The notes: generated from the sequence alone by a model not told the origin. DNA of 64,000 nucleotides from an uncultured Candidatus Saccharibacteria bacterium (GCA_947085855.1 CAMTYB010000001.1:469788-533787), one strand, 5' to 3'; positions 1 through 8,840 are shown, counted from the first letter of the stretch. Numbers and translations: made by a program.

Positions 1-64
1 TCGAAAGTCAACTAAAGCAGTTTATATAAAGCTTGGCTCACACCATGCTAACGAGTGTCCTCTG

Positions 65-143
65 AAAAGGCACACTGCGTGTGCTAATGAAGCGTTTTCA
101 ACACCTTTGAATTTGCACTGGTGACACACGCAGTGTGCCTTTT
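65..143. repeat. 19-bp perfect inverted repeat (arms 65-83 and 125-143, 41-nt spacer)
   Basis: aaaaggcacactgcgtgtg (65-83) is the exact reverse complement of cacacgcagtgtgcctttt (125-143). It lies just 3' of the minus-strand DUF805 gene. Confidence 0.8.
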
Positions 144-151
144 AAAATGTG

Positions 152-168
152 GTGTGGTGACACCACAC
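152..168. repeat. 17-bp perfect palindrome GTGTGGTG-A-CACCACAC
   Basis: Read directly from the sequence; 7 nt beyond the stop codon (175-177) of the DUF805 gene. Confidence 0.8.
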
Positions 169-174
169 GCTCGT

Positions 175-627
175 CTAGAAGCGGACTGCGATGTGCTGTA
201 GCCGAAACTTTTTGCCTGGCTTGGGACCAAAGTTATTGCGGCCCTTTTGACCCGGCAAAGCACAGATTGCAAGCAAGATAGCGAGGCTAATCAGATGCAA
301 CTGCCATAGTCCAAGGAGTTGTGACCCCACCTGGATACCAATAAAGATCCAGAGGATCAACATGCCTGGGTAACCGATGTCATGGAGACGTTTCACGAAT
401 AGTACTGTGAAAAAGAAGAAGTAGAAGATACAGGGGATCAAGAATAGGGAATAGAGGACTTTGAAAAGCGGCGCGGCACCGTTTTCGGTAAAGGCACTGA
501 TCATGATGTCGAAGATGGCTACCGGTACGATGTACAACAGCGCCGCGAAGCTGAGCGCTCCGAGACCGACGGCGTTGCCGAGAATAAATGTTTTGCGATT
601 AATGCGTCCTTTATACGCTGGTAACAT
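175..627 (-). CDS. DUF805-family small membrane protein
   Basis: 150-aa ORF with about 4 hydrophobic helices. N-terminal 'GRINRKTF' and 'KRLHDIGYPG' motifs are typical of DUF805/YhaH-like proteins. Confidence 0.65.
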   Translation of the reverse strand: MLPAYKGRINRKTFILGNAVGLGALSFAALLYIVPVAIFDIMISAFTENGAAPLFKVLYSLFLIPCIFYFFFFTVLFVKRLHDIGYPGMLILWIFIGIQVGSQLLGLWQLHLISLAILLAICALPGQKGRNNFGPKPGKKFRLQHIAVRF

Positions 628-629
628 GT

Positions 630-1463
630 CTAAAACTCCAATACTTTTTCAATACGACGGACCGATTCTTGAGGTGCATAGCCATCAAACCACAGCACGT
701 GCCACCCCTGTTTTTCCGCTGCCATTAGATTGGCGCGCGAATCATCGATCAGTAAAATTTCACTTGGTTTGCAGCCGGCTTTCTGGGCCGCAATTTCATA
801 CACCTTCGGCTCTGGCTTTATAGCCTTTACCTCTGAAGAGTCAACAATAGCGTCAAAGTCTATGGCCGGCAAGGTGCCGTTAGCACGCATTGCCTCTAGA
901 AAACCTGGCATGATGTTACTCATCAGACCAATTTTATAATGCGAGGCTACCCATTTGGCAACTTCAACCGTTTCGGTAATAGATTTAACTGTATCCAGGT
1001 AGTACGGTTGCCAATCAAACTGAGGCACATCAAATGTTTGGGCCAGCTTCTTGTTGAGGTCATCCATGCTCATGTCACCTCGGCAGACCTCATCGTTAAA
1101 GTGCCAAAACGTCGTTTCTACGAGATCTGGCGAGACGCCTATGTCTTTAGCTACAGCAGTAAAGGCCTGCTGAAAAAATCGTACCATGCAGCCATTGACG
1201 TCAAAGTAAACAAAACTAATGCCAGTCTTGGATCGTTTTTTGGCAAGCTGAGAAGTTTTGCCGGCTAGCAATACATCTACAGAGGTATTGAGTGCGCCAG
1301 CAATCTGTTGAATCGTAAAAATCGAGGGTGACCTGATAGCTCCGCGTTCGATTTTAGCCAACGTAGAATAACTTAAGCCCGATTTTTGACACAGCTGTTG
1401 CTGCGTATAGCCAGCTTTGCGGCGCGCAGTTTGTAAACGATCCCCCAGACCCTTCTCATCCAT
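630..1463 (-). CDS. XRE-type HTH domain fused to a HAD-like hydrolase domain
   Basis: N-terminus 'LQTARRKAGYTQQQLCQKSGLSYSTLAKIERG' is a Cro/C1-type HTH. The C-terminal ~200 aa carry HAD-like motifs 'FVYFDVNGC' (motif I-like, DxN instead of DxD) and 'LLIDDSRANL' (motif IV-like). Confidence 0.65.
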   Translation of the reverse strand: MDEKGLGDRLQTARRKAGYTQQQLCQKSGLSYSTLAKIERGAIRSPSIFTIQQIAGALNTSVDVLLAGKTSQLAKKRSKTGISFVYFDVNGCMVRFFQQAFTAVAKDIGVSPDLVETTFWHFNDEVCRGDMSMDDLNKKLAQTFDVPQFDWQPYYLDTVKSITETVEVAKWVASHYKIGLMSNIMPGFLEAMRANGTLPAIDFDAIVDSSEVKAIKPEPKVYEIAAQKAGCKPSEILLIDDSRANLMAAEKQGWHVLWFDGYAPQESVRRIEKVLEF

Positions 1464-1515
1464 ACGCCATATAATACCAGTTATTTACAGATATAACTAG
1501 CCTTAAATGGCTAGA

Positions 1516-1704
1516 TCAGTTACCGAGCATACTGTCGATAGTAATAATGACCGTCGCAAAGATTACGAAGGCAAAAAAGCCGGCAATGGCGGCTGCGGTA
1601 ATTGAGCTCTTATTATTACCACCGGTACGGCGCATAGTCTGAGAGTATACCCATGCCGCTACGCCAATTCCTGCTAAAAATCCAACTGCTACGCTACCTA
1701 ACAT
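1516..1704 (-). CDS. small two-helix membrane protein (hypothetical)
   Basis: 62-aa ORF with two hydrophobic segments flanking the basic loop 'RRTGGNNK'. No antisense competitor of similar quality. Confidence 0.4.
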   Translation of the reverse strand: MLGSVAVGFLAGIGVAAWVYSQTMRRTGGNNKSSITAAAIAGFFAFVIFATVIITIDSMLGN

Positions 1705-1752
1705 CTTGATTGTAGTATAGCTCAGTTAGCTCAGAAGTTGTAAAGTACCTGC

Positions 1753-2790
1753 ATGAATACATTGCGAAATCCATTGAGTCGACTTTTTCTGTATCTGACA
1801 GCGGCCTTTTTGTTCTTTACCGCCAATGTCTTTGCGTTTTATACCGTCATGGACCGCGACAACATCAAATCTACCCTCAAAGAAGAGCAGGTATACACTA
1901 AGTTGGTACCAACTTTGTTGGCCACTGCCAGAGATAATAACGCCACTACGGTAACTATCGATGGTGTTGGTCAGCTGCCATTACAAGAAGAGTGGGTAAA
2001 CCAGGCTGCTCAGTCAGCTTTTCCAGCCAACGACTTGGAGCAAAAAGGGAATACTATCGTAGATGCTACCTTTGATTGGCTCGAAGGCAAAAATGACTCT
2101 TTGCAATTCCAGCTCGATTTTACGCAAAACAAACAACAGCTTGGCGAAGCCATTGGCACGTATGCCGAGCAGCGCATGACGAGCTTGCCACGCTGCACCG
2201 GCAATGAAGGATTGGCTACTGAATTTAACGCCTTTACCAGCCCGTGTGCACCGCCTCAAGCATCAGTAGATGTCGCTCGTCTCAAGGCGACTATCGCTCA
2301 GCAAGTTGCCGCCGATCAGGATTTCTTGAAAGACCCGATCGTTACGCCTCAAACTATCTCAGCCGATCCAAACCTTGGACAGCCTTCAACGTCACTTGAT
2401 CAAACAGGCGGTTCAGCGCCACCGGCGTATGGCTACAAGAACTGGTTTTTGTGGCTACTGCCAATAAGTACACTGGTTTTCGCTGCACTTGGTATTTATC
2501 TAGCCAAGGATAAGACCAAAGCGCTCCGACGACTTGGCTTTGGCCTTATAGCGGTGTCGGTCAGCTTACTACTTATGGCATTGGTTGTTGGGTGGGGTTT
2601 CAAGGCCGCACTAGGCGAAGCCCAAAGTGACCACCTTATGACGGATATTTTGACCCCGGTCTTAACTAACCTGGCTCAAGAGGCTCGCAACATTTATATG
2701 ATCTTCACAGCAATTGCGGTAGCTGGAATAATTGTTTGCTTCACTATTGCGAAACGACTACCAGCTCCTCGAGCTAAACAATTGCAATAA
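1753..2790 (+). CDS. hypothetical membrane protein (N-terminal anchor, extracytoplasmic domain, C-terminal multi-TM)
   Basis: 345-aa ORF with an N-terminal hydrophobic helix and about 4 C-terminal helices. No recognisable catalytic motif. Confidence 0.5.
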   Translation: MNTLRNPLSRLFLYLTAAFLFFTANVFAFYTVMDRDNIKSTLKEEQVYTKLVPTLLATARDNNATTVTIDGVGQLPLQEEWVNQAAQSAFPANDLEQKGNTIVDATFDWLEGKNDSLQFQLDFTQNKQQLGEAIGTYAEQRMTSLPRCTGNEGLATEFNAFTSPCAPPQASVDVARLKATIAQQVAADQDFLKDPIVTPQTISADPNLGQPSTSLDQTGGSAPPAYGYKNWFLWLLPISTLVFAALGIYLAKDKTKALRRLGFGLIAVSVSLLLMALVVGWGFKAALGEAQSDHLMTDILTPVLTNLAQEARNIYMIFTAIAVAGIIVCFTIAKRLPAPRAKQLQ

Positions 2791-4285
2791 CCGGAGCCAG
2801 CGTACTTGATGCTACCCGGTGTGGCGTCGGATATGAGCCTCCCATACAGCCGTCACACACTTCAGACGCATCAACTCCAACAGCTTCATGCATGTTCTGT
2901 AGGGGTAAAAACATCAGAGAGTCAGCCCCAATTGCAATGTTCATGTCGTCTACAGTTCGTTCATACGCCAACAGCTCCTGCCGAGACTGGACGTTGACCC
3001 CGAATTTGCACGTGTCAGAATATACAGCCGAACCAATTCTGACATGTACTTCTTTGGCGCCCGCATCGCGCAACATTTGGATAATGATCTTGGTCGTTGT
3101 GCCTCTGACGAGCGAATCGTCAACAACTACAACGGACCTATCCTTAACTGCTACTTCGTCCACAATAAATTTTTGGCGAACGGCTGCTTCGCGATCAAGT
3201 TGTGTTTTTTCAATAAAAGTCCGATCGCTCTCTGGGTTTTTGCGATCCGGGTTTTTGCGTAGAGCTTCACTATATTCAATTCCAGAGGCAGCAGCGTAGC
3301 CGTGAGCATAGACTTTTGCCGATCCAAGGACTGGTACAACGAGTTCGGCTTGCACGCCATCCATCTCTGCAAGCATGCTGCCGGCTTCGAAACGGGTATC
3401 GCCCACTCGAATGCCATTAATAATGTTATCGGCCTTAGATAAATAGGTATATTCAAATATACAAGTTTTTTGATCACTATCGGCCCAACGTTCCTCGCGG
3501 ACGCCATAATCATCAATAATCACATAGGTTCCAGGCTGAACTTCGCCATCATATTCGTAATCGAGACGGTGATTATTATAATGATCACCTCCATGCAGGC
3601 CCCTGACCTCTGAAGCAATCATGATGGAGTCGCCAGAACTGCCAATAGCCAGTGGTCGAAGTCCATTCCGATCGCGAACTCCATAGACTGCTTCGGGGCT
3701 CAGAATAGTCAAACTGAACGCTCCTTCGAGTTGGGGCAACAAGTGATGTAGAGCCGGTTCGATGTGACCAAACTTATCAATCGCAGCACCAAATAGGGCA
3801 GCGGCCAACTCGCTATCGGTGCCGATTGGCGGAACCTCATAGTGTTTGGCCAAGCTAGTAAGATTATCCATGTCAAACTGGCCATTGTGGGCCAATTTAC
3901 ATGATAGATCGGGGTTGGTGACCGGAATATCAAGTGGGTGTAATGCGTCAAACGGATTATCTGTCTCTGTTGTGCCATAACGTACGTGGGCGATCGCTTG
4001 GTTTGAGCGAGTATCTGCTAGTTCAGCACCGCCACTAAACGCGGCTGCCACACGACCCAATGCTTTTTCAACTTTGATTTGAGGTTCTTCCAAGCCAGAT
4101 TGTTCAACGTAGGAGATGCCGACTCCGTCTTGTCCACGATGTCCGAGCGCCTCAATCGCCACATATGCCGAAGTGACCGCTCCACCACTGGCGTCATACA
4201 CGCCAACAATGCCGCATTTTTCGTATACGGTATCGTCAAGTTCAGGAGTAACTGCTGTAACCGGGAGATGCGCGGCACTAAACAT
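2774..4285 (-). CDS. purF: amidophosphoribosyltransferase (glutamine-PRPP amidotransferase)
   Basis: Ntn-type 'CGIVGVY' nucleophile, 'ALGHRGQDGVGI', 'HVRYGTT', 'LAHNGQF' and 'TDSEL' motifs. PRPP loop 'VVVVDDSLVRGTTT' and C-terminal 'CDGCMGGSYPT'. The ORF is open to 4348; the ATG at 4285 was chosen, so the start is uncertain. Confidence 0.8.
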   Translation of the reverse strand: MFSAAHLPVTAVTPELDDTVYEKCGIVGVYDASGGAVTSAYVAIEALGHRGQDGVGISYVEQSGLEEPQIKVEKALGRVAAAFSGGAELADTRSNQAIAHVRYGTTETDNPFDALHPLDIPVTNPDLSCKLAHNGQFDMDNLTSLAKHYEVPPIGTDSELAAALFGAAIDKFGHIEPALHHLLPQLEGAFSLTILSPEAVYGVRDRNGLRPLAIGSSGDSIMIASEVRGLHGGDHYNNHRLDYEYDGEVQPGTYVIIDDYGVREERWADSDQKTCIFEYTYLSKADNIINGIRVGDTRFEAGSMLAEMDGVQAELVVPVLGSAKVYAHGYAAASGIEYSEALRKNPDRKNPESDRTFIEKTQLDREAAVRQKFIVDEVAVKDRSVVVVDDSLVRGTTTKIIIQMLRDAGAKEVHVRIGSAVYSDTCKFGVNVQSRQELLAYERTVDDMNIAIGADSLMFLPLQNMHEAVGVDASEVCDGCMGGSYPTPHRVASSTLAPVIAIV

Positions 4286-4341
4286 AAGCTTAGCTTTAGT
4301 ATTGCACACAAATGTTAGATTGGGTACGGTACAATGTTTGT

Positions 4342-4710
4342 ATGACAATAATACTTATGCTCGGCTGGTGGTACAGTCGGGGCTGGCTCTGGACATTGCA
4401 AGCAACCGAGCGGCGACTGCAAACTATTGCACGTGTTTTTGCAGTTAAAATACTGTTTCGTACCTGGTTTTCACCTTGGAAGCAAATCTACACTGGCAAG
4501 TCCACCTTCCAAACCTTTATCCGTGATGTCGTCGACAACACCGTTTCGCGCTGCATTGGCGCCGTAGTCCGTGGCACCATTTTGCTATGGGCGGGCATTC
4601 TTAGTTTGTTCGTGCTTGTATTCGGCGTACTGCTGTTCTTGGCCTGGCCATTCATTCCATTTTTAACGATTATTCTGCCAATCTTAACGCTCACAGGGGT
4701 GGGGTTGTAA
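4342..4710 (+). CDS. small polytopic membrane protein, coupled to the downstream AAA+ gene
   Basis: ORF open from 4312; the ATG at 4342 avoids overlap with purF. It has Trp-rich 'GWWYSRGWLW' and hydrophobic C-terminal helices. Its stop TAA overlaps the ATG of the next gene (taATG at 4708-4712). Confidence 0.5.
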   Translation: MTIILMLGWWYSRGWLWTLQATERRLQTIARVFAVKILFRTWFSPWKQIYTGKSTFQTFIRDVVDNTVSRCIGAVVRGTILLWAGILSLFVLVFGVLLFLAWPFIPFLTIILPILTLTGVGL

Positions 4711-7109
4711 TGGAGTTCGTGTACCACGCCCATAGCGCCCGCCGCTCTAAAGCACGTGTTGGTCGAGCCATTGGCAAAAAACCGCTCGCCTACAGCACGG
4801 GCACACTAGCCATAGCCTTGGCCGTCACTGGCATGACCTTACTTGTTGCTGGCAACAGTCTTGGCTGGCTCTGTATGTTGCCCTTGGCTTGGTTTGGCTC
4901 GCTGTACGCTTGGTATAAAGGCGACTTGGCGGAACTCAAGCCAGGCAGGTTTGAAGAACAGGGAACTATATTGCTACACGAGGCATTAGAGCCTTCTGCC
5001 TTGGCGCTACTACCGAGCAAGCAGGATCTGTCGGCTTTTGAGTTATGGCAAGCACTCAGCGAAACCGAAGAACGATACTTTATGCAGAATCGCTTCCTCA
5101 TCGACAATACATTCTTTGAGCAATTTATGAGCAAAGAACCCGGTACTGCGCAACTGGTCTGGCAACAAGCTCAAAATCTCCAGCACAAACACCAAACCAA
5201 CGGCTATCCCACAATCTTAGTGTTCGTAGCTATGGTTAAGGCCGTACCAAATGTTGATCAGCTGCTGCGAACCGTTAGCCTTGAATTATCTGATATTGAA
5301 ACGAGTATTTCCTGGCTCGGCGACATTTACAAAAAACGGGCCTTGGCTCGCAAGAAACAATATTTTGGCGGCATTGGCAGAGACTGGGCCTATGGCTACA
5401 CGCCAATTCTTGGCACCTTGGGATTGAATATATCAAGGGGCATCGAAGAGCACGGCTTCTTTAGCGATACCAGTATGCATGAACACATCGTGCAGCAGAT
5501 GACTCAACTCCTGGGCAGCGGGCGACAAACTATTACCTTAGTTGGCGATGAAGGTGTTGGTAAAACAACCTGCGTCTACGCCTTTGCCGAGGCCTTGCTG
5601 GTCGATCCAGCTCTCAAGCGAAGCATTAAATATAGTCAGGTTATCCAGCTAGATGCTTCGACTTTGATTGCCAATGCCAAGCGACCGGGCGAACTTGAAG
5701 ACTTGATGATTCAAATCTTTAACGAAGCACATCATGCCAAAAATATCATTCTTTTCTTTGATGAAGCTCATCGCTTCTTCGACGCCGGCACCGGCAGCGT
5801 CGACCTATCTCACGTATTGCAACCAATACTCGAATCTGGCAGTTTGCGCATTATCTTGGCCATGAGCCCGCAACAGTGGCAAAAACTGGCAACCAGTGGC
5901 CGAGCCGCTAAACTAACTCCTGTTACTATCCCTCCAGCTGACGAAGAAAATACCCTAGCTATACTGCGCGACCAGGTTGGTATCATCGAGTATAGACATA
6001 AAGTTGCATTTACCTATCAGGCGCTGCAAGAAGCCTTTAAGCTCGGCAGCCGATACGTAACCACTCAGTCCATGCCAGGAGCGGGACTTGAAGTCCTGAA
6101 GCAAGCCGCCTCCAGCACCCAACAACAATTGATCACTCGAGAAGTTGTCCAAGCATCCATTGAGCAGACCTACGGCATCAAAGTACAGACAGCCGGCTCT
6201 CAGTCCGGTGAATCAAGTAATCTTTTGCATTTGGAAGATGAATTACGCCGACAGGTTGTCAGTCAAGATCGCGCCATTAGTGTCATCGCTAACGCCTTGC
6301 GTCGCTCTCGCAGCGGTGTTGGTAACCCCGATCGGCCAATTGGCACATTCTTATTCTTAGGCCCAACTGGCGTTGGTAAAACCGAACTCTCCAAAGCCTT
6401 GGCTCGCTCGTATTTTGGCGACGAAAAAGCCCTAGTGCGAGTGGACATGAATCAGTACGTCGGCGCTGACGATGTTAATCGCCTCATTGCCCCGATGAAG
6501 GGAAGCGACTTGGGCTTCCTAGGTGAAGTGCGCAAGCAACCATTTAGTGTCATCTTGCTTGATGAGATTGAAAAAGCCCATTCATCGGTGATCAACGCAC
6601 TTTTGCAGATGCTTGATGAAGACATGATGCGCGACAGCAACAACCAGACTGTGTCATTTCGTGATGCCATAATTATTGCCACCTCCAATGCTGGTGCTGA
6701 CGAAATCCGACGCTACATTGAAGAAGGTAAAGACATTGGTGAACTCGAGGCAACCTTTATTGATACGCTGATCAGCCGAGGCAGTTTTGCGCCAGAATTC
6801 GTCAACCGTTTTGACGAAGTCGTCCTATTTAAACCATTGTCGCCCCAAGATCTAATTCAAGTAATCGACTTGATCGTTGCCGGCATTAATAAGACTCTTG
6901 ATGCTCAAAAAGTTACGGTCAGCCTAACACCAGCTGCCAAACAATGGTTGGTAGAGAAGGGTTATGACTCTAAACTCGGTGCCCGCCCGATGCGCCGCAT
7001 GGCCCAACGCTACGTCGAAAATATTGTTGCCAAGAGACTGCTCGAAGGCACTAATCAGCCTGGCAGTGCTATTCAGCTCGATGTGGCTGACTTTGAAACA
7101 ACTCAGTAA
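4710..7109 (+). CDS. Clp/Hsp100-like double AAA+ ATPase with N-terminal transmembrane anchor
   Basis: AAA-1 has 'GDEGVGKTT' (Walker A) and 'ILFFDEAH' (Walker B). AAA-2 has 'GPTGVGKTELSKALA', 'VILLDEIEKAH' and sensor-2 'GARPMRR'. The first ~70 aa contain two hydrophobic helices ('LAIALAVTGMTLLVAG', 'WLCMLPLAWFGSLYAWY'). Confidence 0.8.
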   Translation: MEFVYHAHSARRSKARVGRAIGKKPLAYSTGTLAIALAVTGMTLLVAGNSLGWLCMLPLAWFGSLYAWYKGDLAELKPGRFEEQGTILLHEALEPSALALLPSKQDLSAFELWQALSETEERYFMQNRFLIDNTFFEQFMSKEPGTAQLVWQQAQNLQHKHQTNGYPTILVFVAMVKAVPNVDQLLRTVSLELSDIETSISWLGDIYKKRALARKKQYFGGIGRDWAYGYTPILGTLGLNISRGIEEHGFFSDTSMHEHIVQQMTQLLGSGRQTITLVGDEGVGKTTCVYAFAEALLVDPALKRSIKYSQVIQLDASTLIANAKRPGELEDLMIQIFNEAHHAKNIILFFDEAHRFFDAGTGSVDLSHVLQPILESGSLRIILAMSPQQWQKLATSGRAAKLTPVTIPPADEENTLAILRDQVGIIEYRHKVAFTYQALQEAFKLGSRYVTTQSMPGAGLEVLKQAASSTQQQLITREVVQASIEQTYGIKVQTAGSQSGESSNLLHLEDELRRQVVSQDRAISVIANALRRSRSGVGNPDRPIGTFLFLGPTGVGKTELSKALARSYFGDEKALVRVDMNQYVGADDVNRLIAPMKGSDLGFLGEVRKQPFSVILLDEIEKAHSSVINALLQMLDEDMMRDSNNQTVSFRDAIIIATSNAGADEIRRYIEEGKDIGELEATFIDTLISRGSFAPEFVNRFDEVVLFKPLSPQDLIQVIDLIVAGINKTLDAQKVTVSLTPAAKQWLVEKGYDSKLGARPMRRMAQRYVENIVAKRLLEGTNQPGSAIQLDVADFETTQ

Positions 7110-7119
7110 ATAACTGGGG

Positions 7120-7227
7120 GATATCGCCGCCTACGCGGCTCCTCCGCTCAGTCATGCTCGAAACAAGTTTCTGTGCGTGCCTTCGCTCCGCCGAACCCCT
7201 TTTGCTTCGCAAAAGTTGGGTTCTCAT
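7120..7227 (+). repeat. inverted-repeat element, copy A (77-bp conserved core 7120-7196 plus variable hairpin)
   Basis: The core matches the reverse complement of 8994-9070 with 3 mismatches in 77 bp (hand alignment). It is followed by GAACCC-cttttgcttcgcaaaag-tt-GGGTTC and a shared 'ggttctcat' end. Confidence 0.85.
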
Positions 7228-7240
7228 CTCTTTCGTTAAT

Positions 7241-7274
7241 AGAAAAGAGGCTAGCTTGTGCTAACCTCTTTTCT
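7241..7274. terminator. 10-bp perfect stem-loop between the AAA+ gene and tRNA-Ser
   Basis: agaaaagagg (7241-7250) pairs with cctcttttct (7265-7274) around a 14-nt loop. It abuts the 3' end of the minus-strand tRNA. There is no clean U-tract, so terminator function is uncertain. Confidence 0.35.
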
Positions 7275-7275
7275 A

Positions 7276-7365
7276 TGGCGGAAGGGGTGGGATTCGAACC
7301 CACGGTACCGTTGCCGGCACGACGGTTTTCAAGACCGTTTCCTTAAACCACTCGGACACCCTTCC
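7276..7365 (-). tRNA. tRNA-Ser (anticodon UGA)
   Basis: Hand-folded cloverleaf. Acceptor GGAAGGG/CCCTTCC, anticodon stem ACGGT/ACCGT with loop CTTGAAA, long variable arm, T-arm GTGGG-TTCGAAT-CCCAC, encoded CCA. Confidence 0.9.
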
Positions 7366-7449
7366 GTGGCAGTTTCAAATCATATTGATTTGAGAACAAT
7401 TTGCCTATTATAACAGATAGGGTGTCCGTTTACGAGTGATTAAGATTAG

Positions 7450-7611
7450 TTAGGATTGGAAGACGCTTCGAGAGCGACCTTCACTGACAAGATCCTCGAG
7501 CAACTGATCTGCGGTTTGATCGCGCAATTCTGGAAACTTATCCATCTTGCGAGAATAAAAGTCCTGCATTTGTCGTCGAGTTTGTCGCGTAGTGAACGTT
7601 ATTGAGCTCAT
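7450..7611 (-). CDS. small hypothetical protein (53 aa)
   Basis: The ATG at 7611 is preceded by GGGAGG with an 8-nt spacer. The product is basic at the N-terminus and acidic at the C-terminus. The longer ORF to 7692 lacks an RBS. Confidence 0.4.
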   Translation of the reverse strand: MSSITFTTRQTRRQMQDFYSRKMDKFPELRDQTADQLLEDLVSEGRSRSVFQS

Positions 7612-7724
7612 CGCTTTTCGCCTCCCTTTAGTTGTTACATTAGTACTGTATCTTCTTGGGCTATTTTGTACTGTTAAATAACTCACGCTCACAAAAATAC
7701 CGAAGTTATGCGATAATCAATTGC

Positions 7725-8012
7725 ATGAAAAAACAGTCCGCCGTTATGGAATTTGTGGCCACTGAGCGAGCCAGAGGGAAGGGCGACAAGGAAATCCAAC
7801 ATGATTTGCTTGATGCCGGTTGGCACATGGACATTGTTCGACACGCTCTTGGCAAGAAGACGCACAACACTCCAAACATGAAAACCAAAGCCAAAACAGC
7901 TGAAGTGCCGGTTTCACTGTGGCAACATCCAAAGCTGCAAAGCGTTATTCGGCACCCGTACACATGGGTGACTGTTTTTATGATCTTAATACTCTTGGCG
8001 TTGTTTGCCTGA
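7725..8012 (+). CDS. small C-terminally anchored hypothetical protein (95 aa)
   Basis: The ATG at 7725 gives 'MKKQSAV...'. It has a single C-terminal hydrophobic helix 'WVTVFMILILLALFA'. ORF open from 7656. Confidence 0.35.
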   Translation: MKKQSAVMEFVATERARGKGDKEIQHDLLDAGWHMDIVRHALGKKTHNTPNMKTKAKTAEVPVSLWQHPKLQSVIRHPYTWVTVFMILILLALFA

Positions 8013-8075
8013 CCTCCTGATTGTCTGGTATACTCTACATCTGTTGCACTGGTGTAAAATGCCGCACAACTCCAT

Positions 8076-8168
8076 GGAGAGGTACCCAAGTGGCTGAAGG
8101 GGACGGTTTGCTAAATCGTTAGGGGGGCGAAAGCTCCCGCGAGGGTTCGAATCCCTCTCTCTCCGCCA
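8076..8168 (+). tRNA. tRNA-Ser (anticodon GCU)
   Basis: Acceptor GGAGAGG/TCTCTCC, anticodon stem ACGGT/ATCGT with loop TTGCTAA, long variable arm GGGGGGCGAAAGCTCCCGC, T-arm GAGGG-TTCGAAT-CCCTC, encoded CCA. Confidence 0.85.
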
Positions 8169-8202
8169 AGTTGTTCGGCACAATCATTTCATCTGTTACA
8201 AT

Positions 8203-8763
8203 ATGCTTATGCAACCAACAAGTCAGCCGACTGAACCTACCGAAACTCAAGACAGCAATTGGGCGTTTCGCCCTGAAGACACCTCTGCGACTCCTTCATC
8301 ATCACCTCAACCGGTAACGTGGACAGCTTCCGAATTTATAGCCCATCACAAAGATGGCGGTTGGTACACGCTAGTCATCGTTGGATTTATCATTCTTTGT
8401 AGCGCTATCTATCTAGTAACCAAAGATATTATTTCGGTTGTAGCCATTAGTGTCGTGGCATTTTTGTTTTTAATCGTCAGCAGTAAAAAGCCAAAACAAC
8501 AATCTTACACTGTCGATGACCGAGGCGTTTCAATTGGTCAAAAATTCTACCCCTATAGCTCATTCAAATCTTTTGCGCTACTGCATGAAGGTGCCTTTTC
8601 GTACATCAGCTTCATGCCACTCAAGCGCTTGATGCCGGAGCTATCCATCTATTTTGCACCAGAAGATGAAGCTCGAATTGTCAGTGTATTAGCCACTAAC
8701 TTGCCAAATGATCAGACTATCGAAAAGGGTATCGATCGCGTCATGAAACAACTTCGTTTCTAA
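8203..8763 (+). CDS. hypothetical membrane protein (two TM helices plus C-terminal soluble domain)
   Basis: 186-aa ORF with a Pro/Ser/Thr-rich N-terminus and hydrophobic hairpin 'WYTLVIVGFIILCSAIYL...VVAISVVAFLFLIV'. No known motif recognised. Confidence 0.5.
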   Translation: MLMQPTSQPTEPTETQDSNWAFRPEDTSATPSSSPQPVTWTASEFIAHHKDGGWYTLVIVGFIILCSAIYLVTKDIISVVAISVVAFLFLIVSSKKPKQQSYTVDDRGVSIGQKFYPYSSFKSFALLHEGAFSYISFMPLKRLMPELSIYFAPEDEARIVSVLATNLPNDQTIEKGIDRVMKQLRF

Positions 8764-8840
8764 AATTTACAGGCTCTAACCCTAGTAATTTAGTGGAAAA
8801 CGTGCTAAGATAACCCCTGTTTCCGCACAATTTTATATGT

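Noticed and set aside
84-272. 62-aa minus-strand ORF overlapping the hairpin/palindrome region and the DUF805 3' end
   Set aside because: It overlaps the DUF805 gene out of frame, and its sequence is dominated by the translated inverted repeat. No RBS.
7986-8183. 65-aa minus-strand ORF
   Set aside because: It lies directly antisense to tRNA-Ser(GCU), whose cloverleaf is convincing.
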